From Alphaproteobacteria bacterium (lineage in GTDB: Bacteria; Pseudomonadota; Alphaproteobacteria; SP197): a stretch of DNA of 64,000 bases. Position numbers and translations under genes: made by a program. The stretch lies in assembly GCA_965242595.1 (NCBI GenBank), contig OZ251464.1, positions 1,188,301 to 1,252,300 on the forward strand. The letters run 5' to 3'. The notes below the pieces were generated by a model. The model was not told the DNA's origin. It searched no databases and saw nothing but the letters and a program-made list of their open reading frames with translations. This document shows positions 50,273 to 59,715 of this stretch, piece by piece (position 1 is the stretch's first letter; each line of letters begins with the position of its first letter).

Positions 50273-52366
50273 TCATGCCGGCGACAGCGTCACCTCCACC
50301 GCATGCACGCTGGTGCTGGCGCCCATATCGGTTTTTTGCGGGATGTGCAGCAGGTTGACATTGCTGCCGCCCCGCCCGCCCGGCCAGCGGCTCTTGTCGG
50401 TCAGCAGGGTGCCGGCCGGCACCAGGTCCGCCACCCGCGCGGTCATGGCGAGGCTGCCGGCCCGGTTGGAAAGCACAACCTTCATGCCATCCCGGATGCC
50501 GCGCGCCCGGGCATCCCGGGGGTGAACCGCCACCCAGGGCGCGCCCATCAGTTCGCGGATACGGGGATCGTTGCCATAGCTGGAGTTCATCAGCCATTTC
50601 CCGGCCGGGCTCAGCAGCCGCAGCCGCCCCCCGCCAGGGCGGGGGTCCACCGACGGTTGCGGGATGCGGGGGTGGCCGTCGGCCTCGGCGCGCGCGCTGG
50701 CGATCTCGATCTTGCCGGAGGGCGTCGGGAAGCGTCCCTCGCGCCACAGCACCAGCGCCTCGTCGCCAGCCCGCATCCAGCCCTTTTCCTTCAGCTCCTC
50801 CCAGCCGAACCCCAGCCCGTCCAGGGCGGCGTCGATCAGTTCGCGGTCGCTGCGCAAAAGCTCCGGATCGCGAAATCCCATCGCCCTGGCCAGGCGGCGA
50901 AAGATCTCCTGGTTGGGCAGGCTTTCGCCCATGGGTTCGGCGCAGGCCACCTGGGCGCCGGCCGTCAGGTGGAAATAGCTCCACGAGACGTCGTCGAATT
51001 CCAGAAAGCTGGCGGCGGGCAGGACGATATCGGCATGGTTGACGGTATCGGTGGCAAAGCAATCGATGGCGACGGTGAACAGATCCTCCCGCTCCAGGGC
51101 CGAACGCATCCTGGCCTGGTCCGGATTGGAGGCCAGCGGGTTGCAGTTCCAGACCATATAGGCGCGAAACCGCTCCGGATCGTTCAGCGCCGCCGGCACA
51201 TCCATTTGGCTTATGGTGGGCATCTGACTTATCGTGGGCATCTGGCCGCTGGCAGGCCCCTCCGCCTGCCGCTGCCGGTATTCGGGCGCCGCGCCGCGCC
51301 GCCGGGCGATGCCGGCGCTGTCGTTCAGATAATAGAATCCGGCCCCCGGCTTGCCGATGTTCCCGGTCAGGGCGGGCAGCATGGCGCAGGCGCGGAAAAT
51401 GTTGCCACCCCTGGGCTGGCGTTGCAGGCCCTGGCCCAGCCACAGCAGGGAAGGCGAGGCGCCATAAAGCCGGGCGGCCCGTTCGATCTGCGCCGCATCC
51501 AGGCCGGTCTTTGCCGCCGTCCATGGCGGCGTCGCGGCCGCGATGGCGCCTTCGACTTCGCCATAGCCCAGAACCCGGTCCGCGATCCAGGGCAGGTCCA
51601 GCAGGCCGTCGCGGCGCAGAATGTGGCACATGCCGAAGGCCAGCGCCGCGTCGCTGCCGGGGCGAAGTTGCAGATGCAGGTCGGCCTCGGCGGCGGTGGC
51701 GTGGCGCACCGGATCGATCGCAACCACCTTGGCGCCGCTTTCCTTCAGCCAGTGCCTGTGGGCGTGGGGGGCGCTGTGGCTGGGATTGGCGCCCCAGACC
51801 AGGATGCAGGCGCTGTCCTGGGCCGTGCGCGGATCGAAGCCTGCCAGGCTGGTGCCGAAGACATAGTCCAGGGCGGTGTGGCCGGCGTTGTTGCAGATGG
51901 TGTCGGGCGTGGCCTCGCATGCCCCCAGCCGCGCGAAGAAGCGTTCGGGAAAGCCGTTGGCGATGGTGGAGCAGGTGCCGGTGTAATGGCTGTGGAGGAT
52001 CGTTTCCGGCCCATGGGTCCGCGCGATGGCTGCCAGCCGCTCCGCGATCGCGGCCAGCGCCTCGTCCCAGGTCAGCGGTTCGAAGCGTCCGCTTCCCTTG
52101 GGGCCGGCGCGGCGCAGGGGATGCAGCAGGCGCGCCTCGGGGTCCAGCCAGACGCCGTTATAGGCGATGGCGCATTTTCCGCACAGCGCCCCACGGCTGA
52201 CCGGATGGCCAGGATCCCCCAGCACGCGGGCGATGCGGCCGTCGCGTTTGACCACCGCGATGCCGCACCCGTCGTAGCAATCGCGAGGACAGGTCGTCTT
52301 GACGATCTCGCGTCCGATCCCGTGCCCCTCCCATCGCGGCGCCGCCCCGATGGCGGCCCCATTCAT
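50273..52366 (-). CDS. molybdopterin-dependent oxidoreductase (MopB superfamily) with N-terminal 4Fe-4S motif
   Basis: TCPRDCYDGCG (C-x2-C-x3-C), then a molybdopterin-binding domain; 697 aa. No small/electron-transfer subunit adjacent. Contains an 18-bp tandem duplication at 51210-51245. Confidence 0.75.
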   Translation of the reverse strand: MNGAAIGAAPRWEGHGIGREIVKTTCPRDCYDGCGIAVVKRDGRIARVLGDPGHPVSRGALCGKCAIAYNGVWLDPEARLLHPLRRAGPKGSGRFEPLTWDEALAAIAERLAAIARTHGPETILHSHYTGTCSTIANGFPERFFARLGACEATPDTICNNAGHTALDYVFGTSLAGFDPRTAQDSACILVWGANPSHSAPHAHRHWLKESGAKVVAIDPVRHATAAEADLHLQLRPGSDAALAFGMCHILRRDGLLDLPWIADRVLGYGEVEGAIAAATPPWTAAKTGLDAAQIERAARLYGASPSLLWLGQGLQRQPRGGNIFRACAMLPALTGNIGKPGAGFYYLNDSAGIARRRGAAPEYRQRQAEGPASGQMPTISQMPTISQMDVPAALNDPERFRAYMVWNCNPLASNPDQARMRSALEREDLFTVAIDCFATDTVNHADIVLPAASFLEFDDVSWSYFHLTAGAQVACAEPMGESLPNQEIFRRLARAMGFRDPELLRSDRELIDAALDGLGFGWEELKEKGWMRAGDEALVLWREGRFPTPSGKIEIASARAEADGHPRIPQPSVDPRPGGGRLRLLSPAGKWLMNSSYGNDPRIRELMGAPWVAVHPRDARARGIRDGMKVVLSNRAGSLAMTARVADLVPAGTLLTDKSRWPGGRGGSNVNLLHIPQKTDMGASTSVHAVEVTLSPA

Positions 52367-52414
52367 GCTATCCCACCCTCGCCGGCGCGCAAGCCCACCG
52401 CCCCCGGCCTGCCG

Positions 52415-55400
52415 TCAGGAAGCCTCGCGGCGGGCATAGAGTCGTTCCGCCCGGGCCATATCGACCGAGACCAGCTGCGAAACCCCGGCCTCGCCCATGG
52501 TCACGCCGAACAGGCGGTCCATGCGGGCCATGGTCATGCGGTGGTGGGTGATGATCAGAAATCGGATGCGGCCGGGGCGGGCGAACTCGTCCAGCAGGTC
52601 GCAGAAACGCTCGACATTGGCATCGTCCAGAGAGGCATCGACCTCGTCCAGCACGCAGAGCGGCGACGGGTTGGTGAGGAACAGGGCGAACACCAGGGCG
52701 ATGGCCGTCAGCGCCTGCTCGCCCCCCGACAGCAGCGACAGCGCCTGCAACCGCTTGCCCGAGGGGCTGGCCTCGATCTCCAGACCGGCTTCCAGCGGGT
52801 CGTCGCCGGCGGTCATCTTCAGCCGCGCATGGCCGCCGAACAGGCGCGTGAACAGGCGCTGGAAATGGCCGTCGATCTCTTCGAAGGCGGCCTTCAGGCG
52901 CTGCCGGCCTTCGCGGTCCAGTTCGGCGATGCCGTGCCGCAGGCGGGCGATGGCGGCCTCCAGGTCGGCGCGTTCGGCGATCATGGCGGAAAGGCGGCGC
53001 TCGATCTGGTCGGCCTCGCCCTCGGCGCGCAGATTCACCGCCCCCATGCCGTCGCGCTCCTGCGCCAGGCGGCGCCAGCTCCGCTCCAGATCCTCGGCCG
53101 TTCCCAGCCGTTCGCCTTCGCCCCGCGCCGCCAGCGCTTCGGGCGCCAGCTGCAGCCGCTCGCCGATGCGCCGGGCGATCTCGTCGGCCGCCTGGCGCGC
53201 CCGTTCCACGGCGCCGCTGCCATGGGCGCGTTCCTCACGGCGGTCGGCCAGGCGCCCTTCGGCCTCGCGCAGGGCGCGGTCCGCCGCCGCCAGCGCGTTC
53301 TCGGCCTCCGCCCGGCGGTCGCTGGCGCGGCGGTGCCCGGCCTCGGCCGCCGCCAGCTTTTCGGCCAGCGCCTGGCGCTGGCGGGCGATGCAGGCGGGCT
53401 GCGCCGCCAGCGCCTCCTGCTCGCGGCGCCCGTCCTTGCGCTGGCGCTCCAGCCCGGCGATGCGGGCGCGGGCGCTCTTTGCCCGTTCCTGCCAGGATTT
53501 TCGCTCGCGAGCGATGGCCGCCAGCCGCGCGCGGCGCAATGCGGCCTCGTTGCCCAGGCGGTCGTGCTCGCCCTGGCGGCCGGTCAGCAGCTCGCGCTGG
53601 CGCCGCAACTCGCCGCGCAGGGCATCCAGCCCGTCGTCGGCGTCCGCCGGCGGCATGGCGGCCAGCTCGCGCGCCGTCCGCTCCCGCCCGGCGGCGATCT
53701 CGTCCCGCTCGGCGGCGATGCGCCGGGCGATGGCGGCAAAATCGCGCCTTCTGGCGGCGGCGGCCTCCATGCGGTCCTCCTGCCGCCGCCGCGCTTCGCG
53801 GGCCTGCGCCAGCGCCCGGGTGGCCCTGTCGTCGCTGTGGCGGGCGCCGTCCTCGCCATCGCTGGCTTGCGCCAGGGCGGCGCCGGCGGCGCCCAGCGCC
53901 TGCGCCGCCTCCTCCCTGGCGCGGGTGGCGGCGGCGATCTCGCCCGCCAGCGCCTGCAGCCGCGCGCGGCGCGCCAGACGCGCGGCGGCCCCGTCGCCGG
54001 CCCGGCGGTGAACGAAACCGTCCCAGCGCCAAAGCCGGCCAGAACGGCTGGCCAGGCGCTGGCCGGGCTTCAGCAGGCGCGCCAGCCGGTCGCCATCGCC
54101 ATCCGCCACGATGCCGGTCAGGGCCAGGCGCCGCGCCAGCTCCGGCGGCGCCCGGACATGGCGGCTCAGCGGCTCGGCGCCGGTGGGCAGGGCAGGGGCG
54201 TTCTCCAGCGGCGGCAGCAGAGTCCAGCCGGCCGCCGCGTCCTGGCCCAGCGGAGCGTCCAGATCGTCGCCCAGGGCCGCGCCCAGGGCCGCCTCGCAGC
54301 CCTCCGCTACCTGCAAGCTGTCCAGAACGGGCGCGCCGGCCTCGTCCGGCCCGGCCAGGGCGGCCAGCGCGTCCCGTTCCGCCCGCAGCCCGGCCAGCGC
54401 CGCCTCGGTGTCGCGCATATGGGCGCGGCAGGCGTCTTCCCGCTGGCGTCCTGCGCGCGCCGCTTGCCGGGCGGCCTCCAGGCCGCGCCTGGCGGCCGCC
54501 AGCGCCTTTTCGGTTTCGGCCTCCACGCTCTTCAGACGGGCGGCGCTCTCGCCATCACCGCCTTCCAGGCGCTCTTGCCCGGCGGCGATCTCGCCCGCCT
54601 GGCTCTCCAGGCGGGCGCGGCGGCGGTCGAGTTCGGCGGCGCGTTCTTCCAGCGCCCGGCGCGCGGCCTGGCGCCGCGCCCGTTCTTCGGCCAGGGCGGT
54701 CGCCTGCGCTTCCAGGGCGGCGGCTGTGGCTGCGGCCTGTTCCAGCGCGGCCCGCGCCGCGTCCATGGCCGCATCCTCGCCCGCCCGCAACTGCGTCAGG
54801 CGCGCCTCTTCCTGCCCCAGCCCGGCCAGGGCGCGCCCGGCATCGTCATCCAGCGTGGCTTCCCGCTCCAGGTCGGCGCCGATCCGCTCCAGCTGCCGGG
54901 CCAGGTCGCGGCGCCGATCCTCCAGCCGGTCATCCTCCGCGTCCAGCGCCACGCCGGCCAGCCGCAGCTCGCCCAGGGCGCCGCCGGCCTGCGTCTCGCC
55001 CGTTCGCGCCGGCGCCAGGGCGGCGGTGGCTTCGGCCTGGCGGGTCGCCGCCGCCGCCGCCAGGCGGGTGGCCTGCTCCAGGGCGGCCTGCACCGCCGCC
55101 AGCGCCCGTTCGCTCGAAGCCAGCGCCGCCCGGGCGTCCTGCCAGCGGCGCAGCAGCCAGCGCCCTTCGGCCGCGCGGATGCGCTCGCCCAGGCGGCGAT
55201 AGCGCCTGGCCTGGCGCGCCTGGCGCTGCAAGGCGTGCAGCTGCTCTTCCAGCCCGCCTGCGGCATCGCCCAGCCGTTCCAGATTGGTTTCGGCGGCGGC
55301 CAGCCGCAGCTCCACCTCGTGGCGGCGCGCCTGCAGGCCGGCGATCCCCGCCGCCTCCTCCAGCACCTGGCGCCGGGCCTGGGGGCGGGCGCGGATCAGG

Positions 55401-55855
55401 GCGGCGATGCGGTCCTGGCCCACCAGGCCGGAACTGCGGATGCCGGTCGCCATATCGGCGAACAGCAGCTGCACGTCGCGGGCGCGGGCTTCGGCGCCGT
55501 TGATGCGATAGCCGCTGGCCCCGGCGCCGCGCTGGATGCGCCGCGCCACCTCCACCTCTTCGCCGCCGTTCCAGGCGGCCGGCGCGTCGCGCCCGCGGTT
55601 GTCCAGGGAAAGCGTCACCTCGGCAACATTGCGGGGTGGGCGCGATTCGCTGCCGGAAAAGATGACATCGTCCATGCCGGCCCCGCGCATCTTGCGGGCC
55701 GAGGCTTCGCCCATCGCCCACAGCAGCGCCTCCAGCAGATTGGATTTGCCGCAGCCATTGGGGCCGACGATCCCCGTCAGCCCCGGCGCGATCGCCAGTT
55801 CCGTGGCATCGACGAAGGATTTGAAGCCGCTCAGCCGCAGGCGGGAGAAATGCAC
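52415..55855 (-). CDS. smc: chromosome segregation protein SMC
   Basis: N-terminal FKSFVD...GIVGPNGCGKSNLLEAL Walker A; long coiled coils; a hinge; C-terminal LSGGEQALTAIALVFALFL...LDEVDASLD signature/Walker B. GTG start at 55855. Confidence 0.9.
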   Translation of the reverse strand: MHFSRLRLSGFKSFVDATELAIAPGLTGIVGPNGCGKSNLLEALLWAMGEASARKMRGAGMDDVIFSGSESRPPRNVAEVTLSLDNRGRDAPAAWNGGEEVEVARRIQRGAGASGYRINGAEARARDVQLLFADMATGIRSSGLVGQDRIAALIRARPQARRQVLEEAAGIAGLQARRHEVELRLAAAETNLERLGDAAGGLEEQLHALQRQARQARRYRRLGERIRAAEGRWLLRRWQDARAALASSERALAAVQAALEQATRLAAAAATRQAEATAALAPARTGETQAGGALGELRLAGVALDAEDDRLEDRRRDLARQLERIGADLEREATLDDDAGRALAGLGQEEARLTQLRAGEDAAMDAARAALEQAAATAAALEAQATALAEERARRQAARRALEERAAELDRRRARLESQAGEIAAGQERLEGGDGESAARLKSVEAETEKALAAARRGLEAARQAARAGRQREDACRAHMRDTEAALAGLRAERDALAALAGPDEAGAPVLDSLQVAEGCEAALGAALGDDLDAPLGQDAAAGWTLLPPLENAPALPTGAEPLSRHVRAPPELARRLALTGIVADGDGDRLARLLKPGQRLASRSGRLWRWDGFVHRRAGDGAAARLARRARLQALAGEIAAATRAREEAAQALGAAGAALAQASDGEDGARHSDDRATRALAQAREARRRQEDRMEAAAARRRDFAAIARRIAAERDEIAAGRERTARELAAMPPADADDGLDALRGELRRQRELLTGRQGEHDRLGNEAALRRARLAAIARERKSWQERAKSARARIAGLERQRKDGRREQEALAAQPACIARQRQALAEKLAAAEAGHRRASDRRAEAENALAAADRALREAEGRLADRREERAHGSGAVERARQAADEIARRIGERLQLAPEALAARGEGERLGTAEDLERSWRRLAQERDGMGAVNLRAEGEADQIERRLSAMIAERADLEAAIARLRHGIAELDREGRQRLKAAFEEIDGHFQRLFTRLFGGHARLKMTAGDDPLEAGLEIEASPSGKRLQALSLLSGGEQALTAIALVFALFLTNPSPLCVLDEVDASLDDANVERFCDLLDEFARPGRIRFLIITHHRMTMARMDRLFGVTMGEAGVSQLVSVDMARAERLYARREAS

Positions 55856-55920
55856 CTTGCCTTTCCCGGCATGCCAGCTGTGGCGAGGCTCATGGCGGCT
55901 GGAACGGCCCCCGGCATGGT

Positions 55921-56526
55921 TCAGCCATCGCCTTCGATGGCCCGCAGCAGGCGGTCGAACTGTTCGAACGAGAGATGGCCGGCATGAACCTCGCCAGCGA
56001 TGACGAAGGTGGGGGTCGAGCGGATGTCGTATCTGCGGTCGCCGTCCAGCCGCACGGCCAGAATGCCATCCACGATCGCCCGGTTTTCCAGGCAGGCGGC
56101 AACCATATCCGGCGGCTGGCCGCTCATGCGCAGGATGCGTTCGATGGCCGCCACCGCGTCCGCCGCATGGGCCCAGCTGTGCTGGGTTTCGAACAGGACA
56201 TGGATGAAGGAGAAGAACCGCTCGCGCCCGGCGCAGCGGGCGATGGCGGCGGCGGTCAGCGCCGCCCGGTCCAGGGGAAATTCGCGAAACACCAGCCGGG
56301 CACGCCCGGTGTCCAGATAGCGCTCCTTCAGCAGCGGCAGGGTGTCGAGGTGAAAGGCGGCGCAGTGATGGCAGGTCATCGAGGCGTATTCCACGATCTC
56401 GATGGGGGCGTCGCCATCGCCCAGCACCATGTCGGGCAGGGGCGCGCTGTCCTGGGCCGTCGCGTGGGCAAAGGGCCATGCCGCGCCGGCGGCAGCGGTG
56501 GCCAGAAACCGGCGTCGTTGCAGCAA
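55921..56526 (-). CDS. DsbA-like thiol:disulfide oxidoreductase with TAT-type signal
   Basis: RRRFLATAAAGAAW signal; thioredoxin-fold CHHC active site (EYASMTCHHCAAF). TTG start inferred after GGGAGAGAG. Confidence 0.7.
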   Translation of the reverse strand: MLQRRRFLATAAAGAAWPFAHATAQDSAPLPDMVLGDGDAPIEIVEYASMTCHHCAAFHLDTLPLLKERYLDTGRARLVFREFPLDRAALTAAAIARCAGRERFFSFIHVLFETQHSWAHAADAVAAIERILRMSGQPPDMVAACLENRAIVDGILAVRLDGDRRYDIRSTPTFVIAGEVHAGHLSFEQFDRLLRAIEGDG

Positions 56527-56588
56527 GGTCTCTCTCCCGGAAGGCAGGGCCGCCAGGCGGCCAGTATAGGGCGCGCGAATCGGGCCTC

Positions 56589-57149
56589 TCAAGGGCGCTC
56601 TCCGGCCTCTGCCGGCGCTCCCTCTGTGGATGAATCTCGCGGCTGCGGCGCGGCGCCCAGCACGGCGCGTCCCAGCCGCCTCAGGGCCTGGCGCAGGTCG
56701 TCGCGGTCGATGGCGGCGATCCTGTCCTCCAGCCAGCGCGCCTCGGCGGCGGCCAGTGGCCGCAGCCGCACCGTCGGCGGCGCCCGTCGGCGGCGGATAT
56801 CGCCCTGGCGCAGCTTCAGGCGCCTCACGGCGCGGTGGCCGAAAAAGGTGGCGATCCGCTCCAGCAGCTGCGGTTCCAGATGCTGCAATTCCAGCGCGAA
56901 GGCAGGCGCCACGCGCAGGCTGAGAACGCCGTCGCGGCTCAGCCGTTCCGGCTGGCAGATCGCGGCCACCCGCTCCCCCGCCACCGCCGCCCACTCGGCG
57001 ACCAGGCTGGCTTCGGCAAAGCCGAAACGGCGCCAGGCCGCCGGCACCGCCCGAGGCAGAAGCTGCCCGGCGCGCAGGGGATGGCGGCGGCGCCTGTCGC
57101 CGCCGTTCTGTTGGCGCTGGCCGGCGCGGTTGTTCCTGCCTGCCGCCAT
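56589..57149 (-). CDS. DUF721 (DciA-like) domain protein
   Basis: The C-terminal half has the DUF721 pattern (...WAAVAGERVAAICQPERLSRDGVLSLRVAPAFALELQHLEPQLLERI...). Divergent from mutY, as in many alphaproteobacteria. Start uncertain. Confidence 0.55.
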   Translation of the reverse strand: MAAGRNNRAGQRQQNGGDRRRRHPLRAGQLLPRAVPAAWRRFGFAEASLVAEWAAVAGERVAAICQPERLSRDGVLSLRVAPAFALELQHLEPQLLERIATFFGHRAVRRLKLRQGDIRRRRAPPTVRLRPLAAAEARWLEDRIAAIDRDDLRQALRRLGRAVLGAAPQPRDSSTEGAPAEAGERP

Positions 57150-57227
57150 CCTCTCCGCCCCACTTCGTCGCGCCCGCCATCCTGCCGCCAGCGAAGCGGG
57201 CCGATAGCGGGCTAATATGGCACCGCC

Positions 57228-58367
57228 ATGGCGCAACCGCACCCCGCAGACCTGCTGGCCTGGTACGACATCCACCGCCGCCGCCTGCCGTGGCGGGCCG
57301 GGCCGGGCCAGCGCGCCGATCCCTACCGCGTCTGGCTTTCCGAAACCATGTTGCAGCAGACCACGGTGGCGGCCGTCATCCCCTATTTCCACGCCTTCGT
57401 GGCACGCTGGCCGAATCTGGCCAGCCTGGCCGCCGCCCCGCGCCAGGAGGTGATGGCCGCCTGGTCGGGCCTGGGCTATTACGCCCGCGCCAGGCGCCTC
57501 CACGCCTGCGCCCGCCATGTGGCAGAGCGGCTGGGCGGCGCCTTTCCCCGCACGCCGGACGAGCTCGCCCGCCTGCCGGGCATCGGCCCCTATACGGCGG
57601 GGGCCATCGCCGCCATCGCCTTCGGCCACAGGGCGGCGGCCATCGACAGCCATGCGCGGCGCATCGCCGCCAGGCTGCTGGCCATCGATCTGCCGCCCGC
57701 TGCCGCCGCCTCGCGCATCCGCCGCTTCGTCCAGGCGCTGGTTCCCGGCGACCGGCCAGGCGATTTCGCCCAGGCGCTGATGGATCTGGGCGCCGCCGTC
57801 TGCACGCCGCGCAAGCCCGCCTGCCAGGCGTGCCCGTGGCAGCGCGCCTGCGCCGCCCACCGCACCGGCAGGGCGGGCGAACTGCCGCCCCCCGCCCGCC
57901 GCCGCCAGCGCCCCCTGCAGCACGCCCTGGCCTTCTGGCTGCGGGCGGGCGATGGCAGGGTGCTGCTGTGCTTCAGGGCCGATAATGGCCTGCTGGGCGG
58001 GATGCTGGAGCTGCCCTCCACCCCCTGGCGCCAGCGCCCCTGGGGCCTGGACGAGGCCCGCCGCCATGCCCCTTGCCCCGGCCCCTGGCGGCTGCTGGCG
58101 GGTGGCGTGCGCCATGTCTTCACCCATCTCGAGGTGGAATTGCGCCTGGCGGTGCTGGAGGTGGGCGCGGCCGGCTGCGAAGGCATCTGGCATCGCCCGG
58201 AAGGCGGCGAGCGGCTGCCTTTGCCGACCATGACCCGCAAGCTCATCCGTCACGCCCTGGCCGCGCCCCCGGCCGGGCGATCTGGGCGATCTGGGCGGTC
58301 TGGGCGGTCTGGGCGTCCTGGGCGATCTGGGCCACCGGACGGAACGACAGCCGGTGATGGCGGGTGA
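57228..58367 (+). CDS. mutY: A/G-specific adenine DNA glycosylase
   Basis: HhH-GPD domain (LPGIGPYTAGAIAAIAFG), the 4Fe-4S cluster loop CTPRKPACQACPWQRAC, and a C-terminal NUDIX-like domain. Ends in a GRS repeat tail from a 9-bp microsatellite. Confidence 0.9.
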   Translation: MAQPHPADLLAWYDIHRRRLPWRAGPGQRADPYRVWLSETMLQQTTVAAVIPYFHAFVARWPNLASLAAAPRQEVMAAWSGLGYYARARRLHACARHVAERLGGAFPRTPDELARLPGIGPYTAGAIAAIAFGHRAAAIDSHARRIAARLLAIDLPPAAAASRIRRFVQALVPGDRPGDFAQALMDLGAAVCTPRKPACQACPWQRACAAHRTGRAGELPPPARRRQRPLQHALAFWLRAGDGRVLLCFRADNGLLGGMLELPSTPWRQRPWGLDEARRHAPCPGPWRLLAGGVRHVFTHLEVELRLAVLEVGAAGCEGIWHRPEGGERLPLPTMTRKLIRHALAAPPAGRSGRSGRSGRSGRPGRSGPPDGTTAGDGG

Positions 58368-58866
58368 CGCCCAGGCGCTCCAGGGCGCGGCGGTGTTCCT
58401 GCGTGCCATAGCCGGCATTGCGCTCCCAGCCATAGCCGGGATGCTCGCGGGCCAGCGCGGCCATGATGCCGTCGCGCGTCACCTTGGCGACGATGGAGGC
58501 GGCCGCGATGGAAAGCGCGCGCCTGTCGCCCTTCACCACCGCCGTGGCCGGGCAGGGCAGGCGGGGCAGGCGGTTGCCGTCCACCAGGGCGTGGGCCGGC
58601 GGGAAGGGCAGGGCGCAGAGCGCGCGCCGCATCGCCAGCAATGCGGCCGCCAGCACGTTCAGCCGCTGGATTTCGGCGACGCTGGCCATGCCCACGGCCA
58701 AGGTAGCCCGCTGACGCAGCTGCGCGAACAGCGCCTCGCGCCGCGCTTTGGGCAGCCGCTTGGAATCGTCCAGGCCGGGTGGGATGGCGGCGGCATCCAG
58801 CACCACGGCGGCCGCCACCACCGGCCCCGCCCACGGCCCGCGCCCGGCCTCGTCGATGCCGGCCAC
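58243..58866 (-). CDS. rnhB: ribonuclease HII
   Basis: VAGIDEAGRGPWAGPVVAAAVVL...DDSKRL...IAAASIVAKVTRD. GTG start at 58866 chosen; the listed ORF extends to 58947 through a repeat-encoded Pro/Thr stretch. The C-terminal tail AQIAQDAQTAQTAQIAQIA is read from the same microsatellite as mutY, on the opposite strand. Confidence 0.82.
   Translation of the reverse strand: MAGIDEAGRGPWAGPVVAAAVVLDAAAIPPGLDDSKRLPKARREALFAQLRQRATLAVGMASVAEIQRLNVLAAALLAMRRALCALPFPPAHALVDGNRLPRLPCPATAVVKGDRRALSIAAASIVAKVTRDGIMAALAREHPGYGWERNAGYGTQEHRRALERLGVTRHHRLSFRPVAQIAQDAQTAQTAQIAQIARPGARPGRDG
58276..58331. repeat. 9-bp microsatellite (CTGGGCGAT-like), 6 copies, in the convergent mutY/rnhB overlap
   Basis: GGGCGATCT GGGCGATCT GGGCGGTCT GGGCGGTCT GGGCGTCCT GGGCGATCT read directly from the sequence. 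Confidence 0.85.
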
Positions 58867-58879
58867 CGGGGCCGGCAGC

Positions 58880-58935
58880 CCCCGCTCCAGCGTGAGATCG
58901 GGCGTCAGGTCGGGCGTCGGACCGGGTGTCGGATC
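58880..58935. repeat. imperfect 12-bp tandem repeat between vapC and rnhB
   Basis: TCGGGCGTCAGG TCGGGCGTCGGA CCGGGTGTCGGA TCGGGGCGCGCC. Confidence 0.6.
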
Positions 58936-58953
58936 GGGGCGCGCCAAGGCGGT

Positions 58954-59352
58954 TCAGTGGGCGGTCCGGGCGCTGGCGATATCGGTGCGGGCGAAATCGG
59001 CGCCCTTGAACAGCAGCGGCTCGCCGGTCGTCCTGGCCAGCGCATAGGCCAGGCAGTCGCCGAAATTCAGCCCCGCCGGACGGTTGCCCTTGCCGAAGCG
59101 CCGCCAGGCGCGGCGCGCGGCGGCGGCATGCTCGGGCGTGACGGCCTCCAAGGCGATCGCCGCTTTCTCCAGCAAGGCATCGAGTTCCCGGCCCGCCACC
59201 GGCCCGCCCCTGCTCTCGACCGCCAGCGCGGCTTCCAGCAACGCCAGCGCCGACATGCGGCGGGGCCATGCCGCCGCTATCGCATGTTCGTAACGTGCCG
59301 CATCCGGCGCGCCCAGCAGAATGGCAAGAATCGCCGATCTATCGACGATCAT
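58954..59352 (-). CDS. vapC: PIN-domain toxin VapC (type II toxin-antitoxin)
   Basis: MIVDRSAILAIL ... GDCLAYALA; PIN acidic residues; 132 aa. Its start overlaps the upstream antitoxin stop (ATGA). Confidence 0.78.
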   Translation of the reverse strand: MIVDRSAILAILLGAPDAARYEHAIAAAWPRRMSALALLEAALAVESRGGPVAGRELDALLEKAAIALEAVTPEHAAAARRAWRRFGKGNRPAGLNFGDCLAYALARTTGEPLLFKGADFARTDIASARTAH

Positions 59353-59612
59353 CTGGGCAGCCCCCTGTCGTCGTAGAGCAGGTCGCCATGCTCTACGGAG
59401 GCAGGCCCCGGCCCCAGCAGACGGGCGCAGCGTTGTCCGATGGCGTGCAGCTCCCGAGCCAGGGCGTCCACCCCGCGGCGGCGCCTTTCACGCTCCAGCC
59501 GCTCCTTCAGCGCAACGGTCATGGCACCCGTCATCGTCTCACCGGTTATCTGCGCCAGTTCGCGAGCCAGCCGGCAGGTCTCGTCGTTCTCGATGTCGAG
59601 GCCCATCGCCAA
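59349..59612 (-). CDS. vapB: VapB-type antitoxin
   Basis: 87 aa small DNA-binding protein immediately upstream of and overlapping vapC. Confidence 0.65.
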   Translation of the reverse strand: MAMGLDIENDETCRLARELAQITGETMTGAMTVALKERLERERRRRGVDALARELHAIGQRCARLLGPGPASVEHGDLLYDDRGLPR

Positions 59613-59715
59613 ACCGCAGGCAGGCGTTGGACATCGCTTTCGCCATCTACCATGTCGTGTGCGCCCACAACACCCCTCGGATGCGCCGTCGCCTTGCGGT
59701 GCGTCCCGCGGGCGC

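Noticed and set aside
49595-55987. Listed 2130-aa plus-strand ORF spanning atpB through smc
   Set aside because: It runs antisense to well-supported minus-strand genes (atpB/atpI, the MopB oxidoreductase, smc). The translation is Ala/Gly/Arg/Pro low-complexity, typical of stop-poor frames in about 70% GC DNA. It is not a gene.
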